Below, piece after piece: positions 53,396 to 64,000 of a stretch of DNA of 64,000 nt. Made by a program: the position numbers and the translations under genes. Each line of letters opens with the position of its first letter. Position 1 is the first letter of the stretch. This DNA comes from Octopus sinensis (lineage: Eukaryota), in the NCBI RefSeq assembly GCF_006345805.1, contig NW_021832712.1, forward strand, positions 41,422-105,421, written 5' to 3'. The notes under the pieces are model-generated. The model made no database searches. It was not told where the DNA came from and was given only the letters and a program-made list of their open reading frames with translations.

Positions 53396-54711
53396 TGGAG
53401 CTTGAATAATTGATTTGAAGTTTGAAAAATAAACTTCCATGCAAATTGAATTTTTGGTGTTAAAAAAGAGGCGTTTCCTTTTTATACCCCATGCAACCAC
53501 TGAGGGTTGCATTTACACACCCCCCTCATTTGTTTCCTTTGTTTTATTACCCGACTTTTCTAGCCTGTAGCATTTTACAGTAGAATGAAAGCAGGTTTTA
53601 TAAATTCTTATCCATATGGCCATTTGGCCAAAAGTAATTTACTTTAAATTATAAGTAAACAAGCTAATCAATGACAGTTTTAGTCTGCTCCAATATTTTA
53701 ATTAATTTGTCAATCATTAGTCAATTCTACCAAATTCTCTTCAACTTTTTCCCATCTTCAGTGACGTTTGATTCTGCTCAGATATTTGAATTAAGGTTTC
53801 TTATCTATATTCCCTGTTTTTGACTGCATGCCTTCTATTCATGATCGACTGAGCACTCAAGTCATGCATAATCATACTAAAAAGAAAAAAGCACTTTGTT
53901 TTTTTATCATTGCCATCAAGGGACCCAGTACAATGAGGTTGAAGAGCCCAATATTCACGACTATGTCACCAAACTTTAACTGAGTTAGAAAATTGGTGAC
54001 ACCAGTGCACGAAAGTTAAAAAAACTTAAAATAATTAATTTTAAGTTTGAAAAATGAACGCATTATCAAATCGTTTCATTGCAAATCGATTCTTCTGGCA
54101 TCAAAATTATAGGCTTTCCCGTTTTATGCCATACAACCACTGAGGATTGCATTTATTGTCGTCAAAACCGAATCCCTTTCATGGCCCGCAGCATTTCACA
54201 GTAGCATGAAAGTTTACAATGACAACAATTGAAATAAGAATAAAAAAATTTTTCGACATGTAAAGTAAGGGAGGAGATGTCAAGAGAGCATAGGTCCCAT
54301 TTAACAGTTCGTTCTTGACAAAGTACAGTACGCACTAAGAGGAGAGTCTTGTCATTGACCCCATTGCCCACATTATGAATGTGCCTATTCAGTGCTTCCA
54401 GCTCAGCCTTTCTTGCGGCTATCTTAGTTTCAATGTTTTCCTTTCACTTACTTTTTGACATAGGCTTTTGGGTTATTTTTTCATAGGTTGACTGTGGCGA
54501 GTAGAAATAGAGAAAAATGGTCTAGGAATGTTATAATGAATAATATTGTTATTATTCTGATTTCTAGGTGGAGTACACATCGACATCTTAGCCCGTTGCA
54601 TTAAAAATTTGGCATCGCGAAAGTTCATAAATAAAATTTTTACGTTCAAATCAAAAAATATTTTGTATAAAATCAGATTAAATACATTTGCTCTTGAATT
54701 TTTCAGATCTT

Positions 54712-54888
54712 TAAAAATCAAAAGTATTTAAATGAGACAGTGATTTCCGTTATTTTATATGTAACTAATTTTGTAAAAAAAGCTTAGTGTTCTGATATTT
54801 TTATCGCGAAATTTTATTATATAGATCGGGGACAGAATGCTGACGGTGAACGAAAATCAGTGTCTCATTTAAATACTTTCGATTTTTA
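54712..54888. repeat. ~35-bp inverted repeat pair, candidate MITE
   Basis: TAAAAATCAAAAGTATTTAAATGAGACAGTGATTT vs AAATCAGTGTCTCATTTAAATACTTTCGATTTTTA (2 mismatches), ~107-bp spacer. Confidence 0.6.
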
Positions 54889-55025
54889 TAATGTTCGGAC
54901 TATTGACTATTACTAAATCTCACGTTTATTTTGTTCAATAAAACTATTACATTAAACATAGTACATCTTTGTTTTAGAATCTTAATTTCAAAAAAAGATT
55001 TAATGGAAAAGAGATAGGAGGACTT

Positions 55026-55432
55026 CTAAACACAGCGAATTGCAACGCAATTTCCGGACACAATTGCCAAAGAAGACGGTGAAACAGCCAGATCGACTCT
55101 TTGGAGTCTTAAGTTCTTTTTGAGATGATGGAACCCGCAAAAAAGAAAAGTCACAGGCTTTTGCTTCGAGGATACAGTTGGTGTCAAAAAGAAATCTTCA
55201 CTAACGGCCCGGTATTTTACGATTTCCGATTTCTCGGCAAACTCGGAGGCAATCCGGGAAATGCAGACAGAGTGAACTAGATTATATTTTCCGAATAAGT
55301 CTACAAAAGTGATATCCCAGACAAGAAAATTGCTTTTTCGAAAAGAAAGAAGCGTCATTCCGTTCCCGAAATCTATTAGAACCACAGGCTTTAGAATAGA
55401 ACAAAGGCTGCTGAGTCAAGGGTTCTCTTGAA
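55026..55432 (-). mobile_element. Older CRE-like RLE fragment
   Basis: KRTLDSA..., GMTLLSF..SNFLVWDITFVD, FAEKSEIVKY, SLAIVSGNCVAIR. Interrupted by a ~90-bp piece similar to 59930-60010 (inverted). Confidence 0.65.
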
Positions 55433-55643
55433 AATATCGCTTAACACTCTCTTTTGTTTTATAAGATCGCTTGTGTATACAAAAATATTCAAGTATGTTT
55501 TGTTCAATTATTAATTTGTTTTTTTATCTATTAATTTCCAGGTAGAAATTAAGTCGTTATTTGTTTAGTAATCGTATGTATAATATTCCCAAAGTCAATA
55601 ATGCATTTCTGCTACATTTTAATAACAAAAAATAAATTAAAAA

Positions 55644-56215
55644 TTAGAATAAGTTCCCTTTGTCTTCTGCTTTTGAAATTACAGAAATGAACTCTGTAAA
55701 TTATTGAAGAAATTTAACCTTCGTAGTCAATGAATCCATCTTCATCTTCGTCCGCCTCATTCATTATTTGTTTTACTTCGTCTTCTGTCAGATTGTTTTT
55801 CAGCATAAGCATTGCGTCTTTCAGTTCTTGGGAACTAATCTTTCCGTCTCCATTTTTGTCAAACAGTTTGAAAATATTTCTATTTTCATCGTCAAAATCT
55901 TTCACAAGTAATTTCTTTGACATAAAAGTCAAGAATTCTGGGAATTCAATTGTATTACTTTCTAAATCATTAATGCTGCACAAAAACTGTTTTCGTCATA
56001 TTCTTTGATAAATTCTTCAAGTTCATGTTCTTTAAAACTTAGATTAATAGAATGCACAGCGCTTTGGAATTCTTGGAGAGTTATTTTTCCATTTTTATCA
56101 GAATCAAAAAAATTGAAAACTTGATAGAATTCTAAAATTTTTTAAATTCTTCAACCTTCTACCTCCTCTTCGGTTAAATTTTCGATCTATTATTAATTGG
56201 AATATAAATAACCAT
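55644..56215 (-). CDS. Calmodulin-like four-EF-hand protein
   Basis: ATG followed directly by an intron (as in calmodulin genes). EF loops DSDKNGKITLQE, DENESNTIEFPE, DKNGDGKISSQE, DEDEDGFIDYEE. Too divergent to call true CaM. Confidence 0.85.
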
Positions 56216-56713
56216 AATTCAAATTAAAAATGCGTTTTATAAAAATTGAATTAATAAATTACTATTTTTTTCAATTAATAGATAAAATTAGATTTAACAA
56301 ATTTCTCCGTAAATATGTAATATTACATTTTATATTATATGTAATTCATTTTAAGTCGATTTTGTCCTTCTGCTCATAAATAATTTTTTGTTATTCATTT
56401 TGATGCAGCTGATAATGACAATGTTAAAAAATGATTGTTTCTGATTTTATTTTTTTATTTCTTATAAAACTTGAATCTTTTAGGATTATGAAAAAAAGCA
56501 ATTGTCTAGAATTTTCCAAAACATATGACTAAATCTTCCGTAACTTTGTAACTTGCTGATAAACAAGTAAGTATAAATTTAAAATTAAAAATCATTAAAA
56601 ATTACTTCAGAAATTTTATATTTAATTATATAACTTATTTAAATAAAAAATTGTGGTTTCATTTTTTGTAAACTTTCAATTTGTTGTTTATACCTGAAAT
56701 TATTAAAATTCAC

Positions 56714-56969
56714 ATGGAAATGGAACCCCCAAGTTACCAAGAAGTAATTCAATTAGATCCTACAAAAAACAATCCGACTCGTACAGTAAATGAACCAGTT
56801 TATGTGATTCATATTTTGTTTTTAATTTAAGATCCAAAATGATGACCAAAGATCGCCTCATTTCAAATGTAATCAAGTGATTCGTCGATTTCTAATTGCG
56901 CTTTTCTTCGCTGGTTTAGCTATTTGTGTGCTTTTTTTCTCACCGGTCAGATCGCTAATTTTTGTTTGA
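56714..56969 (+). CDS. PPSY-motif single-TM microprotein, paralog B (75 aa)
   Basis: Removing a 28-nt intron (56804-56831) gives MEMEPPSYQEVIQLDPTKNNPTRTVNEPVY|IQNDDQRSPHFKCNQVIRRFLIALFFAGLAICVLFFSPVRSLIFV*. An extra 3' exon cannot be excluded. Confidence 0.62.
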
Positions 56970-57639
56970 AAATATATTGTCTATTTAAAAATCTCCTGTG
57001 ATATTTTGAGCTTTGTCTGCGATTTATGCTTTTATTTTGAGTGGCAAAAATTACGTAATTAGAAATTAAAATGTGGTTATATAACTTGATGGAGTAACAA
57101 AATTTAAGTGGACTTTTTTCTTTTCATATTTAATTCTAAAATAATGAAGTTTCAATATTTTTTTGTGATCATTTTCGAAGATTTCCTTTAGTTCATCACC
57201 TTAGACAATTGTTTTTTAAGTACAAAATAACTGGTATGAATGTTATTGATTCATTTAACTAAGGAAAATCGATCGTACAGCGGATAACGATGAAGTTTTT
57301 TTTTAGGATACTTACTGAGATCCCGTAGAACAGCCATATCGTCTCTTCCTACTAGCCTTCGTTTTGAAATCATAATTCCGATCTCCTCCAGGAGTGCCTT
57401 TGCCTTCTCACCAATGACACTACTTCTCAAACGCAACTAGAACAAATTTCACATTGTTCAGGAGAAAAGCGTCGATGTTGAAATTCGACAATGATTATAG
57501 CTCTATGATAACGGAAATATAAAACCAATGTCATAAAGTATTAAAATTTTCTTTTAGAATACTCAAGTAAAAATTGACCACATTATTTGTGGTAAAGTGT
57601 GGTTAGTACATCCACAATAAAATACATCCGTGTATTGCT

Positions 57640-58330
57640 AACTTGATTTTTTCCATAGAAGTAGCTCCACATAATGATCCCTCTGTGAGCGACAGTAATT
57701 CCCAAATACACGTATCATTTTTTATAGTTTGTGAAATCATTGACAAAGGATCCACTTCTTAAATTTTAGCTACCTGCTCTTTTAATTTCTCAGGTAGTTC
57801 CTCTCTTGAAAGCAGATTGCCTTTACTGGACTTATCTCTCCACTTTTTTGAGTATTCGCCCATTTTATATACATAAAAATTGAAATGATTCCAATCAATG
57901 TTGTTGGAATTAAAACCAAGAAATACATCCTTAGTGAGAACTGTTCCCGTTCGTAATTTCATCGTTTGTGGAAGATGGTCACTCTTCATATCATTTTCAA
58001 CATAATGCCAGTCATACAAAGGCATTTGCAACAATAAATAATCCTAATCGATCACCACTTTGCTGCTGAAAGTGGTTAAGCTTTTTTAGGCGTTAAAGTT
58101 TGAAAATTTAAAGATTTTTTAGTTTCAAATAAACAATTTCCATCCTGATTTAACTTTTACACACTCATTTGCAGTATTTTTCGCATTTAAGTCTCCAAAA
58201 GGAATTGAATTTTTATTTCCATCCATATATCTAAAGGTACATAAAATGTTCAACATATAAAATACGATTGGAATAAAATTGCAAGCTTCCTTCCCTGTTG
58301 ACAAATTCCAAATTAGCGCGTACGCCTATA
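57640..58330 (-). mobile_element. LINE APE-region relic
   Basis: FGDLNAK and SDHLP motifs on the minus strand; homologous to 13860-14200. Confidence 0.65.
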
Positions 58331-58375
58331 AGGACATTCCTTGTTTATTTAAACAACTATAAGCGTAATTAAAAA

Positions 58376-59796
58376 ATGACTACTACATGTATACTTGATA
58401 TTGGAACTGGGTAAAACCCTGACATAACTACTCGATAGGAGAACTAAAATTGGATTTGCAGGGTCCATTAACCCACAATACATAATACCGTCCTACGTGG
58501 GAGTTAGAGAAAACGTGAAGGGAATAATTGGGAACAAAGTCCTCTCTGACCTAGATTACGCTATTGGAGACGAAATATACGCAAACTCTCATTTAACGCA
58601 AAAGGTACACCTCCTATTTTATAGGCAAACAGTCACCAATGAAAAGTGGTATTATTTCCGACTTCAATCTATACGAAAAACTGATGAATTGCGCCATCTA
58701 TTCGTATTTATCAGTAGACCCTTCCGAACATTCGTTCTTCTTAGTATTTGAGTGCTTACTATTTATAGACCGAATCTCCTCTAAACACTCCGGAAAACAG
58801 AGAATTCCTTGCTGAATTGATGTTTGAAAATTTCAGAGTGTGTGGAATGTACATTGGAATGCAGGCAGTGATGGCTCTGACTGCTTCGTGGGTTGGAAGA
58901 CATCCACAAGACCGACCAACTACGGGAATTGTTGTCGACTCAGGTCATGGACTCACCCACATTATCCCAGTCGTAAGTATAGATATCAATAAATGCTATC
59001 CTTCCAGGCTGAGTCGTATGCTGTTGGGACTGCCATGAAATATATGCCGATCTCTGGCACTGAAATGACTTCGTTCACTCAACAACTGATCAGAGAAAGA
59101 GAATCATCTCTCCCTTTGGATAATATCTACGATATTGCAAAGACAGTCAAAGTTTTTGACATTACTTTCAAAATTAGGAACAACATTGTTATTGTTGTAA
59201 TAACTTGGTTGCAGAGTTTTCAAAATTGGAATCCACACCAGAGCAAATCATTCGCAGATATAAAGGAATCAATAATATGACCAAAAAACCATTTGAATTT
59301 GACATGTCATATGAAAGATTCTTCGCCCCCGAGCTGCTCTTTACTCCGGATATTTATAATCCAGAACATGAAAAGTCATTAGACAGACTTATATTTGATT
59401 CCGTTTTTGACTGTCCTCTGGACGTGCGTCGGGGACTTCTAAGGTTTTTAAATCAATATTTTTTTAGAACGTCGTTTTGAGTGGAGGATCGACAATGTTC
59501 CCGAATTTGAGTCGTCGAATAGAGCAGGAATTAAAAAAGACTGTATCCATAAAAAGATCAAAGGTTGTTTAGAATGATTAGTTCTCAGGGTTCTCCGATA
59601 GAAGTGAATGTAGTGTCGCACAATAAACAGCAATACGCAGTATACTTTGGTTGTTCGATGATGGCGTCGATGGTAGCTCAATTTAACAAAATTGGTTTAG
59701 GAAGAATTTCATACCGTAATCCACACTAGAGAAGAGTACCAGGAGCATGGACCTTCTATTTGCCGACAAAACAAAATTTTTGGCTATTTGGCATAA
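58376..59796 (+). CDS. ACTR3: Actin-related protein 3 (divergent)
   Basis: CILDIGTG|[50 protein letters not shown] insert, [38 protein letters not shown] and GPSICRQN* follow Arp3 motif order. Confidence 0.87.
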
Positions 59797-61058
59797 ATTG
59801 GAAGAAATTAGATTTATTTATCGTTGAAAATAAAATTATTAAAAATCTTGTCGTGACAAAACAAAATTATCAATAAAAAAATCTAGTTCGAAAAAAAGAA
59901 TTGAAATAACAGATTCAGTTTGCAGCAGTATTCTTGAAGCAAAGGCATGTGATTTTTTTCTTTTGACGGTTCTATCATTTCAACAAAAATTGTGACTCCA
60001 AAGAGTCGTCTAGGTTGTCAACGCTTTTATTGTCATTAATTGAATGTATACTTTGTTTAGAAAATCTATTTAAGTTTTTCATGTAGGAGTTAAAAACTTT
60101 TTTTCACTACTCAACCAATGCCAAAATAATTGTGATTATAATAACCATTCTTTCTCTTCGGAAGGGTAGTAATGTCTTTGCTATGTCGAAAATGGAATGC
60201 GCTACATTTGTTGACAGAATTTAGATCTAAGAGCAGACAACATTCTAATCAACGAACGGTCAAAAATTTTAAAACTAAATATTATTGATTTAAAGTTTGA
60301 AAAATAAATTGATGCTTCAATTGTTTTAGCACACTTTTCATTTCAATTTAATTTTTTGCTATTAAAAATTGGACTTTTCCTTTTTATGCCCCGCAACCAC
60401 TGAAGATCGCTTTCAAAGGGCGTTTATATTTATGGATAACTATCCATACGGCCATGCGGCCATTTGACATTTACTATTAAATTATAAGTAAACAGCTAAT
60501 CAATGACAGTTTTTGTCTGCTACAATATTTAAATTTATTCGTCAATCATTAGTTAATTCTGGCAAATGAGCTGTTTTATTTCTAATTCAGATTTTTCGTA
60601 TTTTTTATATCTGTTCAAAATTTCCCCATACCTGTGTTTTTTATCAGTGCCATCAATGGACCCACTAAATGGAAGTTGAAAGACCAATGTTCACGATTAA
60701 GTTATAAATAATAATTATTTCATTTAAAATCAAAAACGATAGAGACAAAAGAACAAAATTACTTTAAGTACTGCACATGCGTATTTTTTATTTCTTATTA
60801 CAAACAATAATACATAATAACTGGTAAGCACCCATAGTCTGCGAAGTGGTTTTACCAAATTTTTTGTGACCGATCAAATCGACCAAAAAATTTTTTAAAT
60901 AATGAAAAATAGTGGCGATATTAAAAATTCGGCGATCAATAGAGGTTTCTTTAAAAATTTTCAATTTTTTGAAAAAATGTGGCGAGCAATAAAGGTTTGA
61001 CTTTATTAGTGAAACAAATAGTCGTGCTATTCCGTTTAGAGTTATATAAGTGATTTCC

Positions 61059-64000
61059 CAACCAAACAATCATGTGCCACTGCAGTGAAAGATCCGATCT
61101 CCTCTCAGCCAATTTTAGCTCTTCGAAGAAAAATATTTCAGGAATGTGGTATTGGGAGCGCATGGGAATGGAAATTCCCAATTTCTTGCGGATCTGTATA
61201 TTAAGAAAGATGAACTTTTAATGATACGAGAGAAAGTTTCATTGTCAGTACAGGAATACAATAGGTAAATTTAAATCAACTTAGACACAAGAATTGTTTT
61301 TGGTTTATCTAAAACAGAAAAAGGACTATTTTACGAAAAAGTGAGACAACTTCAAAAGAAGATCCGTCCAGGAATGCAAAAAATAGATTGGACTAAAATT
61401 TCGACAATCGAATACTTTTTGGATGATATTCGAATCCATGTTAAAAAGTTTATTTACATGAAAATTAAAAACATTATAGGTGCACAAGATGATTGACAAT
61501 TCAATCAAATCTATGAACTTGGAGATTCTAAATTCAGCAAGTTTAATAAGTCAGTCACTTCTGTTCTCCGTCGAAGATACAAAAATCTATGAAATTGATG
61601 AATTTATCAAACATCAAGTATTAATCAAATAAGAATGTGGCTAGAAACACCATATTGCAAATACTGAGCTTACGATGCTGTCAAATTTTAAAAGGATTTT
61701 GTCAAGTCTGCAGAATGCGAAAACCACGTTAGTTGACGAAACAGTTAAAGTGCTTTGATTATATTTTATTTTATAAAGGACTCTTGGGTTACATATATTG
61801 AAAAAATCGACGCGGTAGTAGAAGAAGCATTCAGACTTAACATTAGAGGATCACTCCAAGAACTTAATAAACTTATAAACGGAAATGAAAAAACTGCAGC
61901 AAATCCACTATTCATCGTTAAAGTCGCTCTAGAAAAAGAAAAAGTAAAATTAAATATTCATCATTAGATAATATTCGACCCTTCGTTGGAAAGACTTTCT
62001 GAGGTCGTGACCTCCATTAAGCCAAAAATCATCGACATTCTCAAACGATATAAAAGACTCAGTGTTCTTCTCAACTCGCATGATACCACAAAAATTGTTA
62101 TTTCGCTAAAAAAGTCAAATTTAGTCGATAACTGAGCTTATCAGCGACGATAGTGAAATAAACGAAATACAAAAATTATCATCGACGGTTCCAACAAAGG
62201 ATTCAAAGAAATGCAGAGCTATTTATCAACGTGGGACAATTTTAGAGAAATTTGGGAAATAAATAAACCAAAATTTATTACTAGATACAGAAAGTAAAAC
62301 CGGAGTTGCAACTTTCGATTCTGATTTGGCAAGGTAATTTGTTGTCGACTAATGATCGAAACTAGATATAGCGAAGTTGCAAATAACGTCCAAGGAATAG
62401 AGACAATAGTTAACGTTCAGTTTGTTTATTTGGACTGCGGTCCACTCAAATTTTCAATTCTTGGACATTGCAACGAATGGCAGAATATGTTTACAGACCT
62501 CTTATTTGAACTTGCCGAAGGAAGTTTAGTGAGCCTACACAGTTATTTATCTGAAAATATTAAAATGTATTTTTCAAGTTGAGTATACTAGAATTCAACA
62601 AATTCCAACAAGTCTGGACGCTTTGCAAGCCAATCTGGATCTATGGCATGACCTGAATGAAAAAGTAGAGGAAACTGAAAATAAAATTCCACTCCTGGAC
62701 GATCAATTCAATACTCTCGACAAGTACGAAATTCCGATTCCAGAAGATGTAACAACTTTATAAAATTTTACAAATAGTTGAGATACAAGCATAAATCTCT
62801 AAAAACTGTGTTCAATGAGTTCAAACAGTGTTTATCGTCTTCAAAGGATATGTTGAAAAAGGAAAAGGTCATCGATTTAATCTAAATATGAAATAGGAAA
62901 TATTTAAAAAGAACTTGCTATCCAAAGCAGAAGAAATTCGAAAAGAGGTGATGGCTCTCTCAAAAAATATAAAACAAAATGGCCCCTACACATGTGACAT
63001 GACTGCTGAACAAGCATTGTCGAAAATAGCAGAATTCCGAGAATCTCTGAATTTACTTTCTAATCAGGAAGAAGAAACAAGACAAGGACTTGCAATTTTT
63101 AAATTAAGTCAGCAGTCAAATAAAGAAATTATTAATATAAAAAATGTATAATATTTTTATTTTAAATAAAGGAATTAAATCTAATCGAAAATATTTGGAA
63201 CGTGTCTCAAAAATGGAATCATTTTTGGCAAAACATGCGATTTACAACCTTTCGCGATTTCGACGATCATTCTATCGAGGACCAGACAAATACTATTTTT
63301 AGTGAAATAAATCGATTAGAAATTGAAATTAAGGTTAATTTAAACGAATAATAGTTTCTTAAGGACAGAGAACATTCTGTGCTCAAGCACTTGACTGATA
63401 TCACTAGACAATTTCAGAAAACGGTTCCTTTAATCACATCTCTCCAGAACGAATCAATTAAGGGAAGGCACTGGCAACAAATTGATGTAACCTTAAAAAT
63501 TAATATTTCTTAGAATGAACTAGGAAGACAAATTGATCCCAAAAGCGATGACCTGACGCTAGAAAAAGTTGTTGAATACGAGTTTGACGAACACGCTGAT
63601 TTTATAATGGAAGTTTTTGATTCTTCACTTAAAGAACTGCAGCTTGAACACGTTAAATATAATAATATATTTTAAATAGGAAATTGCCAATATTTCTTCG
63701 GTATGGGAGAGCGTTTCTTTTGAATTGGCCTCATATAAAGACAAAGGACATTTCAAACTAATGTAATCACAGTAAGTATATTGAATTAAGAAATACGGAT
63801 AACATATTCCAGTCACTGGACGAAGACCAAATGCGTTTATCCATGATAAAATCTTCTAAACATATGAAATGCTTTGAAACTGAAATAGAAATTTGGGAAA
63901 AGTCTCTCTCCCTGATATTAGAAGCGATGGAGAATATGCTAACGGTTCAGCAAAAGTGGTTGTATCTCGAGGTTAAATATTTTTATGAATCGTTAGAATA
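61059..64000 (+). pseudogene. Second duplicated DNAH2 fragment (tail region), runs off the window end
   Basis: Near-identical to ~21289-24238 with introns retained. Abrupt 5' junction; several 1-bp indels. Confidence 0.88.

Noticed and set aside
54162-54721. Minus-strand ORFs as a host gene
   Set aside because: No consistent spliced model or recognisable domain; the region lies among decayed repeats.

Overview
AT-rich animal (metazoan) genomic DNA, not prokaryotic. Genes are split by many ultra-short spliceosomal introns (mostly 23-36 nt, GT-AG plus a few GC-AG), which is why the ORF track is fragmented. This architecture together with an axonemal dynein best fits a dicyemid-like mesozoan (inference only). 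Host genes: ECT2, a MARVEL-domain protein, a MIER-family protein, a full-length DNAH2-type dynein heavy chain, AAGAB, a calmodulin-like protein and a divergent Arp3. There is also an unannotated family of ~70-75 aa PPSY-motif, single-TM microproteins (4 copies, 2 paralogs, shared intron position). Intergenic space is dense with mobile elements: Tc1 (DD34E), pogo/Tigger, hAT-Buster, an intron-containing Ginger2-like integrase element, APE-type LINEs, four CRE-like RLE retrotransposon fragments, and a non-autonomous Helitron carrying a ~20 x 94-bp array, plus an older inverted copy holding pieces of neighbouring DNA. The 33-46 kb region has an X-A-B-A-Y duplication/insertion structure, and a second intron-retaining DNAH2 fragment starts at ~61.06 kb. 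Scattered 1-bp indels in homopolymers suggest residual long-read error, so single frameshifts are treated cautiously. All coordinates and translations were read by eye.
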